Source of the DNA: Octopus vulgaris
Taxonomy: Eukaryota
Length of the DNA stretch: 64,000 nucleotides
Assembly: GCA_951406725.2 (NCBI GenBank)
Contig: OX597817.1
Location: 14,322,001 to 14,386,000, forward strand
Direction: 5' to 3'
In this document: piece after piece, positions 13,808 to 27,609 of the stretch
Layout of the letters: each line of letters opens with the position of its first letter
Numbering within the stretch: position 1 is the first letter of the stretch
Notes under the pieces: generated by a model
Database searches by the model: none
What the model was told of the DNA's origin: nothing
What the model saw: the letters and a program-made list of their open reading frames with translations, nothing else
Translations under genes and position numbers: made by a program

Positions 13808-14053
13808 GCGCCCTTTTAAAGCCTAGGCATGGTCATGGGCCCGGTTTCCCGGTTTCTATGGCGTATGTGTTCCCCAGCTGGACGGGATGCCAGTCCATCG
13901 CAGCTTTACTCATTTTTGCCAGCTGAGTGAACTGAAGCAACGTGAAATGAAGTGTTTTGCTCAAGAACACAACGCGTCGTCCGGTCCAGGAATCGAAACC
14001 ACAATCTTACGATCATGATACTGCCACCCTAACCACTAAGCCACGCGCCTCCA
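13808..14053 (-). mobile_element. SINE-C copy
   Basis: Near-identical to 4635-4882. Confidence 0.88.
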
Positions 14054-16316
14054 CAGAAAAATACATTGAGATCCAAATATTGATTTCCTTTTTCGGTGCA
14101 AGGCTATCTGTTTCGGGGTGCTCAACTGGGATTTATTTTATCGATTCCGAAATGATGAAAGGCAGAGTTGACAATCAGCAGAATTTGAACTCAGCACGTG
14201 ACGACTGACGAAATACCGATAAGCATTTTTACTCGGTGTGCTAACGATTCTGCTAGCTCACTGCTTTATTGAGACATGAAAATTGAATCCAATTACAAGT
14301 ATATATATCTCAGATATCATCTATTGAGTTTTTAGGAACATTAAATTGCCCCTGCCCATTTAACGCAAGGTAAACATCAACTTTCCCATTCCCTTTCATC
14401 ATTGAGCGAGAAAGAAATGAGAGTAAGCTCTGTAATGGAAGTCTGTTGATTTTGGCTCGAAAACAGTGTCAGATAAAGAAGTAATGAACCGTCCTCCGCT
14501 AAACAGTTAAACTCGATGTTTTCTTCTTTTTTGTTTTTTTCTTCTTTTTGTTGGGGTGGAGGGTAGAAATATAGCATAACGTCGGCTTCTACTATCCATA
14601 TTGCATAAATATAACGAGGGAACGGCTCACTCGAACGTCCAGTATTACGTTTTATGGCAATATGATATGGGATATTCCTATCGTACATAAAGCCCACATG
14701 CAATAAAGGCATTCTAGTTTGTATTTACAGATAAAGGTACATTCATAAGATTCAAATCAAAACAATTCCCGATGCAAATATCCCTTTATTTCATGGGGAG
14801 AATATTAAAAACAAAAACAGTGTCATTGCAAATGTAATGTGCTTCCTCTGAAACTAAGCAAAAGATAAGTAGAAAAAGAGATTAAAAAATAAACCTTGAA
14901 ATCAAATATTCATTTCTACTCTAGGTAGCTCGCCGCCTTACTCAATTATAAATATTATACATGCATGTGTGATTTAAAAACAATATTAAACAAAAGAGAG
15001 CTCAATGTTAATTTGCAAAGTGCTATGTATATATTTTATTAATAGTTGAATATTTCATCTCTGCACTACAATTAATAGTTTCTCTACACTATAATTAATA
15101 GTAATCATTCAATAAATATAAGCAAAACTGTCCGCCATTTTGCAAGAATTCACTTCCGTCCGGACAAAAGCTCACAAAAGTGTGAGTTTACGCTAACTCA
15201 CACAAAAAAAAGTCACTGACAAACTTCACTAAAGCTTTAGTCTCTTATAATGCATATAATAGATAACTGGAGCCACCAGAAAAAAGTAACAAAAAAATAA
15301 CACCGAATTGCAATTGCCATTTTCAGTAGGTATCCTGAATCAGCCCCATTTGCCATGAAAAATCAGTTATATATGCAGCCACAGTTATATCTGACACTAA
15401 CCAGAACAGCGTTATCGTATTGGAATGACTACTAATCAATTTAAGAACAATCTCTATCAACATAAATATATATTCAGAATATTAAAAAATGATTAGACAG
15501 AACACAAAAATGCATGTTTTTGAAAACAATATATCCAATAATATGAAACAATGACCCTTAAATACAACTTTACATAATCAAATACTTTCTGTAGTCTTTG
15601 AACTTTGGAAAGATTTCCAACCCTTAAATAAATTAAAGCATTGAATAAACAGAGAATTTTTTCTTGTCCTTATGTATGAAAATCCCTTGTAAAATACCAT
15701 ATATGAATACCAACAGCATTAACATGGAATCCGGAAATAACATGGCATTTTTGTCCTTTTCTAATGACATATTGTGCCTTAATTAATCATAATGTCAGTG
15801 TTTCTTCTCCTTGTATTTTAATCTCGTGGCGTTTTGAAATATATTCAGGAAATAGCAGGTTATCAAAATATTTGCAAACGAAGAAAATGACATTTTTCTA
15901 ATAAACTCACTTATTTACCTCCAATAGACTGTTTTCGTAAATAATATGACACGCAAACGCATCTATCAGACTGTTCCTACAGACACACTCACATCACATA
16001 TAGTCGCACATTACAAAATATACACACTCACATCACACATAGTCGCACACAACAAAATATACACGCTCACGAATGCAACAACCGATGAGGACTCGTATTT
16101 TACTAATTCAATACATCACAACCAAAACACAACAGATTTTCTTTCATTTTTCCTTTTTTTTTACCTTTTTCCTTTTCAAATAACATTTCATGCCTTAGTC
16201 TGAATCCTGGCATACAAAGTGCCTGACTTTTTCCAAATCAATGTATGTATGTGCTTAAATGCTTTTATACATACATGTATAATATATGTATGTGTGTGTG
16301 TGTGTGTATACATATA

Positions 16317-16437
<121 letters not shown>

Positions 16438-16768
16438 GTATATGTGTATATATATATGACTGATTAAAATTCTATTTATTTGTGCAGCTGAGGATAGCCC
16501 TGCATTTAAATTGATGTAATGATTGCATTGTTCAATTAAATGGAGCCACTTTTGTTTTTTTTATTTGTTTCAGTCATTTGAAACCTTCAAGGTTTTTAGT
16601 CGAACATATCGGCGCCAGAACTTATTTTTGTAAAGCCTAGTGCTTACTCTATCGGTCTTTATGCTGAACCGCTAAGTTACGGGGGCGTAAACACATCAAA
16701 ACCGGTTGTTAAGCGGTGATAGGGGACAAATACAGACACACACACAGACACACACAGACAGACAGACA

Positions 16769-16839
<71 letters not shown>

Positions 16840-18184
16840 ATATGTCTGTATATATATATTTATGTGTAGGGAGAAAGGTCTATACACACTTCTAATATAC
16901 ATAAAGGTGTACTTTTTTATTTTGTTCCAAATCATCTCCAAATCATATTAGTTCCTTAAGAAACCAAAAATTATCCTATCCTACATCGGTACATAATCTA
17001 ACATGACTTTTTACAAACATGTAGTCAAAAATATCAATAAGAAGATAAGTGAACTGTGCTTCAATAAACCATCTTTAACACGGTTCCAGAATTCTGTAAC
17101 GAACGGTTAACATGCAACTAATATCAAGAAAATACTAAGTATTCAATAACCGAAAAAAATATTTCCTTAAAAACGTTATTGCGATGAATTTAACATGGTA
17201 TTACTCAACATTTCACATTAGTGTAGAAACCAGTATTGCAACATATTTTCGGGAGATATTTCCTTTTCCTGATCAGTAATTATTTCCCGCGAGAGTCCAC
17301 AATTCCCATCAACTATTCAAAAAAGATCGCCATAAAGTTGAGATATAACAGCATACAGAACATGTCAATTTCCATTAAGAGTTACAATGCAAAAAAGAAA
17401 AAAAAATATTGCAAACATATCAAAAGCGAGCGAAGCTGGCTTGCAATTGCCGATATATAGAGCTCTGCTACATAAAAGGCTTAGAAAATTACATCATATA
17501 CTCTGCTAATGCCTTCACAAACAACACATAAACAAGCTCTATATGACTCATAGAAGGCTCATTCAAAAGTCATATTCACCAATGCACCAAAGTTCTGACA
17601 TCGATTCCAGGGTACCTCCGCACTAGAGATGAAGATATCATAAGCTTAACGTGGGCGATACTAAATATAGTAGCCATTTTAAAGAAATGGATTGAGCTAC
17701 TGTGGCACTGTATTGCACATGAATCTCATTCTTTCGCCGCAACTTTTCCAAATCAAAGCAAAAGAACTAAATTTATTCAGATCTGCAGTAGTATGCCCAA
17801 TTCTTTTCTCACGAATTTTAAACAGACACTTCTGACACGTAATATAATTCAGTTTCCATTATTGTTATAAAGTAAAATATTTCGTTGCCATCTTCCAACT
17901 GGAAAAAAGCTTAATCTATATTGAAGGTTTCAATAAGAATTGCGGTTTAAAATATATTTGTTTGACCGATGGGTGTGTGTGTGCGTGAGCGTGCGCATGC
18001 GTGTATGATTGTGTGTGTATATGTGTGTGAGTGAGTGAGTAAGTGAGTCAGTCAGTCAGTTAGTGTATATGTGTAAGAGAAATAGAATTCAATATTCAAG
18101 AGTAAATATATCTTGTACTTAGATACAAAGCTACATAAGTGACTCAAAATAGTGAGTTACACAAGAGATATAGATATATAGATA

Positions 18185-18228
<44 letters not shown>

Positions 18229-18254
18229 TGCACACACACGCGCGCGCACACCCT

Positions 18255-18286
<32 letters not shown>

Positions 18287-19027
18287 CAAATATATATATA
18301 TATTTATTTATATATATGTGTGTATCATACATATATATATATATTATAATAAGAGATACACGTTCGTGCGACGTACACACACACACACACACACACTTGT
18401 ACACAGCTACATACACACACATATATGTGGGTACATACGCTTTCTCGTGCATGTGTGTGTACCTGTGTCTGTCTGTCTGTCTGTGTATTCAGGATGATCT
18501 AAGAGTCATTCTTTCTTGGCAAAAATATATTATCCATTTCAATGCTTGAAAACGCTGTATCGAGATAACTCTATTTCCTAAGAATTTTCTTACAAACCTA
18601 CCATAATTGGTCTCTAGATGAAGAATGTCATCTGTTCAAAACATCATCACGGAGACAGCAAAAAGGCATCATTACTTTCATCAAAAACAACAGAAAACAA
18701 AAAAAAATGGAAATCAATCCGCTCACCCATAAAAAACCCCAAAAGATTCAGGTGTCATGAGCAAGACTTAAGATGTAAGCTAAAAAGAACTTGCTATCAA
18801 GTATTCAGATATTTGTAGATATTATCTTTACCGCAGGAAAATTATTTACAAAACTCGTTAAAAATGTCACCAGATCTTCCGTAAATTCTTCCCGCATATC
18901 ACTACAGTTTTCGTATCTCTGTCACACACACAAAATAACTGACATTATTTCATGTGTAAAGCAACTGAAAGAAAAGCAGAAAATGGTTTATCATGTTTTT
19001 TTTATATATATATATATATTTTTTTTT

Positions 19028-19402
19028 TTACTTGTTTCAGTCATTTGACTGCGGCCATGCTGGAGCACCGCCTTTAATCGAGCAACTCGACACCAGGACT
19101 TATTCTTTGTAAGCCCAGTACTTATTCTATCGGTCGTCTTTGCCGAACCGCTAAGTGACGGGGACATAAACATACCAGCATCGATTGTCAAGCAATGCTA
19201 GGGGGACAAACACAGACACACAAACATACACACATACATATATATACATATATACGACAGGCTTCTTTCAGTTTCCGTCTACCAAATCCACTCACAAGGC
19301 TTTGGTCAACCCGAGGCTATAGTAGAAGACACTTGCCCAAGGTGCCACGCAGTGGGACTAAACCCGAAACCATGTGGTTGGTAAACAAGCTACTTACCAC
19401 AC
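19028..19402 (-). mobile_element. SINE-B copy
   Basis: Reverse complement of the family B sequence. Confidence 0.9.
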
Positions 19403-20442
19403 CATCAAAATAAACCCGCTATATAGTTCTTGCTTGAAGCAGAGTTACTTCCTTGCACCTCAGCTTTTTTTTCTTTCTTTTTCTTTTTTTACATATACTT
19501 GTCAGCAATCCTTTTTGAACTTTCTGCGGACAGTTTCGTTAGTGATGTTAAATAACGTTTTGACAGTACACTATTTAACAGATTTCCATCTCATCAGTCG
19601 AATATTCTACAAAACACATTTCGGTATTTAATTGCGTCTCTTTAAAATAAGTTAAGCACGTCTCTAAAATTCTCAACTTTGTCTTATGCTAGAAATCAGT
19701 ATTTTATTATAGCATCTGTATGGAAATGATTAAGACTGAAAAATGACATTTTAAGAAAATCTTTTGGTCAGGCTAGCAGGAAAAAAGACACAAAAGAACA
19801 AAATTGACATTATAAATATATAGTATCACGTTTTTGTAGCAGCATAGTATTTTATATACTTTATATGTAGATTACAATAATTCCTCCTCTTCATCTTCAA
19901 TTCCTCTTGAAAAGAGTAAATGATTCGTTATTTCCTTCGTTTTTTCCTTTTTTTTTTTTTTTCGTTTTTGTTTTATTCAAGTCTTTCCAAGAATCTTTTG
20001 CTTACGGTTCTCTCTTCTAAGTCTTTGATTAATTCTCTTCCGCGCTCCTACGTAATGCTCTTCATATCATTTACAGACAGCGTTGTAGGTAATCTATGTT
20101 TTACAGTTTCTGCCTTTAAAGAATCTGTACATCTTATTTTGACTCAGTTCATTAGCAACAATTTATTTTCATCGCATACTGACGAAAGTGGCAAGATAGT
20201 TAAATTACTCGTAAAATGGGATAACAAATCCTATTTTGAATAACGAAGCCCACCTTTTATGTATTTTAACTTGAACCACAAAATATATTCAGAAACATCT
20301 TGTAAAGATTGATAAATTGTCTGCTCTTAAATGATAACTTTCGTTTGAAGATCATATAGTCTGCTTTTCGGTACAATAGATGGAAAACGAACAGTTAGTA
20401 GAATAATAGATTCAGATTATATGCTAAGATAATCAGGTACTT

Positions 20443-20853
20443 TTTACTCTTTACTCTTTACTCTTTTACTTGTTTCAATCATTTGACTGCGGCCATGCTG
20501 GAGCACCACCTTTAGTCGAGCAACTCGACCCCGGGACTTATTCTTTGTAAGCCCAGTACTTATTCTATCGGTCTCTTTTGCCGAACCACTAAGTGATGGA
20601 GACATAAACACACCAACATCGGTTGTCAAGCAATGCTAGGGGGACGAACACAGACACAAACATACATAAACATATATATATACATATATCCGACAGGCTT
20701 CTTTCAGTTTCCGTCTACCAAATCCACTCACAAGGCTTTAGTCGGCTCGAGGCTATAGTTGAAGACACTTACCCAAGATGCCACGCAGTGGGACTGAACC
20801 CGGAACCATGTGGTTGGTAAGCAAGCTACTTACCACACAGCCACTCCTGCGCC
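20443..20853 (-). mobile_element. SINE-B copy with (TAAAAGAG)n tail
   Basis: Full-length family B on the minus strand. Confidence 0.9.
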
Positions 20854-21459
20854 TATTTTAAGTATAATACTTTTACTTTAGTGATAATTATATCTTCACT
20901 GAAAAGATACCGATTTCTTTTTTCACCACCAAGTTCCGCAGTGAATTCCAAACAGCTTTAAAAATTTGTAACACTGATTCGATCATCAAAATGATCACTT
21001 GTTAAATGTGTTGTTGACTTTCCTGCAAGGCAAACAATACTAGTGTTTACTTGTAGTTCCCTTAACGGTTTGGATCGATTTCTGATAATTTATTGGTCTT
21101 CGATAATTCCTCTTTAATAAAGAAACTCTAGATTTTTATATCCTGATAATGTTATATAATAAAAGAGATGTGACCTGAAATGCTCTGAGCGAAATTCAAC
21201 ATTCAGAAAAATTCACTGCCTGTAAAACACGCTTCGGTCAATATTATTTTCCCGATGGAAACGAAGAAGTAAAGCATCAAATGGTTTAAAAAAACCATTG
21301 TATAACAACTGTTTCTCGCGAAAGTCACCATGTTTGTGAAAGATTAAGTATCTTATAATAAAGTGTTCTGTTCACTTTCTGAACAAGGGTAAAGTCCGGC
21401 GGTCTCATGCTACTGCGACATAAAATATTAAGCACTTTTAAGAAAACCTCTAACAGTAT

Positions 21460-21845
21460 TAATAGTTATCACCATACTAATATGGCAGTCTATAAATAAG
21501 ACTAAAGCTGTCGCTGATTAGCTCCAAGAGGCCATCGCCTCTAGCTAGCTATTTGACACACGAACCTGCGTCCATTACAACCTTCGAACAGGGGAGGTCA
21601 GCCGCTTCACCTTGCTAGTCAGACATCTGCAGACATGTTTCAGGGTTGTTGCCCTTTATCAATGCAGCGTAGCCAGAACCAGCAGGTTCGTGTATCAAAT
21701 AGCTAGCTAGAGGCGATGGCCTCTTGGAGCTAATCAGCGACAGCTTTAGTCTTATTTATAGACTGCCATATTAGTATGGCGATAACAATTAATACCCAGT
21801 AAAGCTGCCGTAATCTCCTTTAGAGAGACTTAGTAATTTTAATAT
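21460..21845. mobile_element. Foldback element (~115-bp inverted arms) with a hammerhead in the spacer and a 12-bp TSD; probable Penelope-like pLTR
   Basis: Arms at ~21457-21570 and ~21681-21796; CTCTAACAGTAT duplicated at 21448-21459 and 21846-21857. Confidence 0.8.
21627..21667 (-). ncRNA. Minimal hammerhead ribozyme motif, U3-A8 core variant
   Basis: CUGCA-UUGAUAA-AGGG-CAACAA-CCCU-GAAAC-AU-GUC-UGCAG. Confidence 0.72.
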
Positions 21846-21974
21846 CTCTAACAGTATGATTTGCGCTTAGGGCGAAAGAAGGGAAATTGTATTTCATAAT
21901 AAAAACAGAAGATACATCTTTCAGAGACATTTTGGAACCCACTTTTGGTCCTCTTCGTGGAAGAACCTAAAATC

Positions 21975-22790
21975 CTTTCTACGGGAGGCACAAGGCCTCA
22001 AATTTGTGGGGAGGGGACTAGTCGATTAGATCGACCCCAGTGTTTCACTAGTACTTAATTTATCGACTCCGAAAAGATAAAAGGCAATGTCGACCTCGGC
22101 GGAATTTGAACTCAGAAAGTAACCACCTATTTCTTTACTACCCACACGGGGCTAAACACAGAGAGGACAAACAAGGACAGACAAACAGATTAAGTCGATT
22201 ATATCGACCCCAGTGTGTAACTGGTACTTATTTAAAGGGCGGCGAGCTGGCAGAAACGTTAGCACGCCGGGCGAATTGCGTAGCCGTATTTCGTCTGTCG
22301 TTACGTTGTGAGTTCAAATTCCGCCGAGGTCGACTTTGCCTTTCATCCTTTCGGGGTCGATAAATTAAGTACCAGCTATGCACTGGGGTCGATGTAATCG
22401 ACTTAATACCTATGTCTGTCCTTGTTTGTCCCCTCTATGTTTAGCCCCTTGTGGGTAATAAAGAAATAGGTACTTATTTAATCGACCCCGAAAAGATGAA
22501 AGGCAAAGTCGACCTCGGCGGAATTTGAACTCAGAACGTAAAGACGGACGAAATGCCTATTTCTTTATTACCCACAAGGGGCTAAACACAGAGGGGACAA
22601 ACAAGGACAGACATAGGTATTAAGTCGATTACATCGACCCCAGTGCGTAACTGGTACTTAATTTATCGACCCCGAAAGGATGAAAGGCAAAGTCGACCTC
22701 GGCGGAATTTGAACTCAGAACGTAACGCAGACGAAATACCGCTAAGCATTTCGCCCGGCGTGCTAACCTTTCTGCCAGCTCGCCGCCTTG
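21975..22790. mobile_element. Nested SINE-A cluster (a plus copy at 22237-22468 inserted inside minus copies)
   Basis: GGTACTTATTTAA is duplicated on either side of the inner copy. Confidence 0.88.
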
Positions 22791-23418
22791 CTTGTAAAAC
22801 CTAATAATATTTTGTAAGTAAATATTTTATTTTCGCAGCGTAGATTTGGCAGCATTGTAAAGAATCTTTCCATTCACATCAATTATAGTACCTGCAAGTG
22901 CGTCTATATCATCGTGGTTATTCAGATCAAGCTTATCTTCCAAAGTTTGAATATCTCGTCCGGGAGAAATAAAATGATTGTGTCTTAGAAATACCCATTA
23001 CTTTTTTTTTTTTTTAACACGAAAGGCTATTCCATTCTGAATGACAAGCAAAAGTTTTGTTATTTTCAGTGATAACTTTTCGACAGCCGCGTTGTCTAGT
23101 AATGCTTCTTCCATACTGTCAGAAAATGATCAACGTTGACAAAGGAATGCTATGTTCAGCAAAAAGTCATCAATAGGCAGTTCTTATCTTTTACTGTTTG
23201 TTCGGTTTTCACTGACTTATTTTTCGCAACGAATTGAATAATATCAACTCTAGTATTAGGCACAACACAATTTTTTTTTTATCTTTCTATGTTCGGTTTT
23301 GTTTGCATTTCTTATAGAACTGTTGTAGGTTTTTATACATAGCTAGATTCCATATCATTTTCATTCTATTGAAACTAGTCCTTAAATTCGAAATTTCGCA
23401 GTCATTCTTCCTTGAATT

Positions 23419-25606
23419 CACTGTGCAACACTCAAAAAAGAGATTTGTAGCCATTTTTATATGCCAAATGACATGGGAAATTCATTTCTGGCCTTCTTTT
23501 TGTTGAATTAGGCATGGTTTCTACAGAATTGTCATTGTATACCCTTTTTGTCATTATTATTAAATAAAATTCTCTACTGTATTGTAAAATGGGTTTCAGA
23601 TCAGGGCTAGATACCAATCTTAGTAACACCGACAATTTGATTAAAAGCTTGTGTTTAATACTATTTTTTATCTTTCAGATCGTATTTGTTTTCAACAATG
23701 AGTGCAAGACAGTGCAAAAATGATCCAAACAGATTCTGTTATATCTGTAGGGAATTGACCTTTGCTATTTACATGCGCCATATCAAGAAAATATACAAGG
23801 CGTACTTCGATTGTTACTTAGGAGACCAGGATAAGTCATGGGCTCCTCATGTGTGTTGCCTTACATGTGTGAAGACATTGAGTGCCTGGTATGCAGGAAA
23901 AAATGTTCACATGAAGTTCGGTGTGCCAATGATTTGGCGTTAACAGAAAGATCACTCTAATGATTGCTATTTCTGTCACTATGACGTTACAGGCTGTACT
24001 ACAGCAAAGAAAAAGAAACACATTGTTAGCCCAAATTTGCAATCAGTAATGCGCCCAGTAGAGCACTCAGAAAATTTACCTGTGCCCAAACCTCCAGATC
24101 AAGAAATGTAGAGTTCCAGCAGTGCTGATGAACATTCCAGTGGTGAATGTGTGGAGCCCAATGACCCAGAAAGCGAGAATAAACCAATACCATTTTCTCA
24201 AGAGGCCCTAAATGACTTGTGCAGGAATCTCTATTTAACCAAAGAGAAAACTGTGTTTCTGGCATCAAGACTTCAAGAACGTAATCGTCTTCAGAAAGGA
24301 GTGAAGATAACACTGTACAGATAATGTACAGAGGATCTGTTTGCATTATTCACCATGAATGATGACTTATGCTTTTTTAATGACATCACTGAACTTTTTG
24401 AGCAACTGGAAATACCATATGATAAGATCAACTGGCGACTTTTCATAGATGCGTCCAAGGACAGCATCAAGGCTGTTCTGCTACACAATGGTAACACTCT
24501 GCCTTTTGTTCCCATAGCACAACCATGAAAGAATCATATGAAAATCTGAAAGCAATTCTAACAAGCATACAGTATGATGACCATACCTGGCATATTTGTG
24601 CAGATTCTATGGTTGTGTCCATGCTTACTGGCCTTCAGCTTGGCTATACTAAATTTTGCTGCTTCCTGTGCTTATGGAATTCCAAACCAAGAGCTGAACA
24701 TTATGTACGCAAGGATTGGCCGATCCCAGATGAAATTGAGCAAGGAAAACACAGCATCATGCACAAATCACTTGTGAAAAGTGATAGAATTTTTTTACCA
24801 CCTTTGCGTATTAAACTTGGTTTGTTTAAGCAATTTGTGAAAGCCTTGGACAAGGAATCCTCCGCATTTGTACATCTTGCAGAAAAGTTCCCTTCCCTGA
24901 GTCAAGCTAAAATTAAAGAAGGTTTCTTCATAGGTCCTCAAATTCGAAAAATTGTACTTGATGAAACCTTCATCACATCTCTTAAGAGAAAAGAGAAGCT
25001 TGCTTTTAAGTAATTCAAGAAAGTTTGCGATAACTTCCTGTACAACCATCGTTCAGAAGACTACGTACAAGTTGTGAATGATCTGCTGAGTCATTACCAT
25101 GATATGGGATGTAAAATGTCTCTAAAAGTTCATGTGCTTCACTCCCATTTGGATTTTTGCGGAAAATCTTGATGTGAGTGATGAACATGGCGAAAGATTC
25201 CATTAGGATATTTCAGTGATGGAGCGACGATTCAAAGGAAAATGGTACCCTGCCATGTTGGCAGACAACTGCTGGGGTATAAAAAAGAAGATCACACTCC
25301 GCACAAGAAGTTGAGAAGGACAAATGTTGTTTAAACTGACAGCTGTGTTTTTAATTCATAACCAATATATGTTTTGTTCGACCAACTAAATTTTTGTTTT
25401 GTTTTTTGTAACTTTAAGTATTTGCAATGTTGTGTTCAATACGCAATACTATTCAGTATATTATAAAACATATAGTTCATGGTACAGGAAAACGGTGCCT
25501 AATCTGGAGAAATAAAAGTCAGAATCAGAATCAGGACAATTTTTGACCCAGAAACAAGGCTTACTTAAATTGTACTTTTTTTTAACCTGAAATTTGTTGC
25601 ACAGGG
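23419..25606 (+). mobile_element. Full-length Chapaev3-type (CMC) DNA transposon with a decayed transposase (23698 to ~25335)
   Basis: TIRs CACTGTGCAACA / TGTTGCACAGGG (one mismatch), with ATT on both sides (3-bp TSD). Protein motifs: CKNDPNRFCYIC, GDQDKSWAPHVCC, GYTKFCCFLCLW, LPPLRIKLGLFKQFVKAL, KVHVLHSHLDF..VSDEHGERFH. Several stops and frameshifts. Confidence 0.82.
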
Positions 25607-25706
25607 ATTTTAGAACGATTGCGCATACCTTTCTCTAGCCTCCCACCACCACCACCGATTCTTTTTAATAGTAGCTTGTGCTTCATCAACCATGATAGAC
25701 GCTAAA

Positions 25707-26092
25707 TGGAAGCACTCCGTCGGTTACGACGACGAGGGTTCCGGTTGATCCGAATCAACGGAACAGCCTGCTCGTGAAATTAACGTGTAAGTGGCTGAGC
25801 ACTCCACAGACACGTGTACCCTTAACGTAGTTCTCGGGGATATTCAGCGTGACACAGAGAGTGACAAGGCCGGCCCTTTGAAATACAGGTATAACAGAAA
25901 CAGGAAGAAAGAGTGAGAGAAAGTTGTGGTGAAAGAGTACAGCAGGGATCACCACCATCCCCTGCCGGAGCCTCGTGGAGCTTTTGGGTGTTTTCGCTCA
26001 ATAAACACTCACAACGCCCGGTCTGGGAATCGAAACCGCGATCCTACGACCGCGAGTCCGCTGCCCTAACCACTGGGCCATTGCGCCTCCAC
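25707..26092 (-). mobile_element. tRNA-headed SINE family D with a 10-bp TSD
   Basis: Head GTGGAGGCGCAATGGCCCAGTGGTTAGGGCAG..GGTTTCGATTCCC; TAGACGCTAA at 25696-25705 and 26093-26102. A second copy starts at 63784. Confidence 0.88.
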
Positions 26093-26562
26093 TAGACGCT
26101 AAGTAATATAATAATGAAACAATTAGTATATGGAACCGCTTATGCACGCCTCCAGCGCCAACAACGAACGACAGGATCCCCAGCACCAAACAAGCTAAGT
26201 GCATATATGATACATTCACAAAAGTACTCGCAAGATATAAAATCCAGACACATTTGATGATTAATCAATCAATGATATTGGTCGAAATTTTGTGAAGTTA
26301 TTTTAAACACATACACGCGCACGCATGCACGCACGCACAAACATGCAGACGCACAGACATATGTGCAAACCACACATTTTTGTTTTCTTTTTCTGTGAGG
26401 GAAATTTCTATAAGCCATTTTGGCTTTGTTGTTGTTGTTCAAATTCATGCTATTTACTTCTGAGTTACTGTCTCTGAGCTCCTTTTAGTTATATATGCAT
26501 GTGCACGTGTGCATGTGTGTGTGTGTGTGCGTGTGATGTTCAAGAGCTTATTTGAGGTATAT

Positions 26563-27168
26563 CATCATCATCATTGTTCGACCGTGGTCGAGACAATGGA
26601 ATTTACCATGCTATGCCAGACTTCACGGTCCATCAAGGCATTACGGAGGTCCTGTTGCTGGATGCCTGTATCCCTGGAGATTACTTCAGGGTAGGAGAGT
26701 GTGCGCCCTCTGGTATTGCGAGTAGATGGCTTCCAGAGGAGAAGAGTAGAAATTACCTCTTTTTCAGCTCTACAACAATGTCCAGCAAACTGGACTCTCC
26801 TACCTTTCACAAGAGATGACACAGGTGGTAGTTTCCCATATATTTGCATTTTGGTTGGATGGCGCTTCCACGAGAGATTTTGAGCTCTCATAAGGAAACG
26901 AGTGTAAGTTCCATCCAACCGCCTCTCAAGCTTCTTTGATAACGTCCAGGTTTCTGAGCCATATAGTAGAATTGGTTCGACTGTGGCTTTGAAGATTTCA
27001 AGTTTGAAGTCTCTACTTAGATTTGATTACCAGATCTTATGCATGTCATTACAGGCTGACCAGGCCATACCCTTTCTAGTTAGAAAGTCTTTTCCAGATG
27101 ATGATATGTATGACCCAATATATTTGTAATCAGAAACCATATTTAAGGGCGCATTGTTGAGAGTATGG
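26563..27168 (-). mobile_element. 5'-truncated RTE-type LINE
   Basis: YKYIGSYI..KATVEPILLYGSETWTLS..DGTYTRFLMRAQNLSWK..RRVQFAGHCCR..DREVW; (TGA)n tail; TTGAGGTA(T/C)AT duplicated at the flanks. Confidence 0.85.
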
Positions 27169-27526
27169 TTGAGGTACATAAAAAAGACGAATTACTTTCA
27201 ATATATGCATATAGATCCGTGATTTCCAACGTGGGGACATGGTAATATTTTGATGGGGTATAGTAATATTTGGGGAGGCATGTGTAGGTTTATGTTGAAT
27301 TTATACGATTTGTACACAATGTTTACAATACTAATAGAGTCAATTTGAGAATGAGTTATAAAAAAAAATTTACATTTTTTCTGTGGACAAATTTTATCAA
27401 ATTTTGGACACTTTAGAGACAAATTGTTTTATTATTTTCAAAGATCTGATATTATTATTTCCTAGGTAAATTACAAAAGCGTATGTGTGTGAGAGACACA
27501 GAGAGAGAGAGAGAGAGAGGGAGGGA

Positions 27527-27609
<83 letters not shown>

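Larger units (their letters stand above)
19870..23100 (-). pseudogene. Ancient, heavily decayed hAT transposase interrupted by SINEs and a foldback element
   Basis: Manual minus-strand translation, in the expected order: SVFIMKYNFPSFALSANH (~21860-21920, decayed CxxH region), YKILNLSQTW*LSRETVV (~21300-21357, TRWLS motif), ILPLSSVCDE..LMN*VKIRCTDSLKAETVKHRL (~20090-20200, hAT dimerisation domain). Confidence 0.6.

Noticed and set aside
15125-15165. YY1-like CCGCCATTTT next to ETS-like CACTTCCG, suggesting a housekeeping promoter
   Set aside because: The minus-strand ATG closes after nine codons and there is no CpG island; may be TE-internal.
16458-16550. CTGAGGA followed by a hairpin next to a TA tract, a possible seventh hammerhead
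   Set aside because: No GAAA or NUH half follows the stem.
17400-17950. Possible second decayed transposase on the minus strand
   Set aside because: Only vague motif resemblance; no ordered set of motifs could be read.
25990-26092. tRNA-like heads with A and B boxes (SINE families A-D)
   Set aside because: They run on into SINE bodies with TSDs, so they are not tRNA genes.
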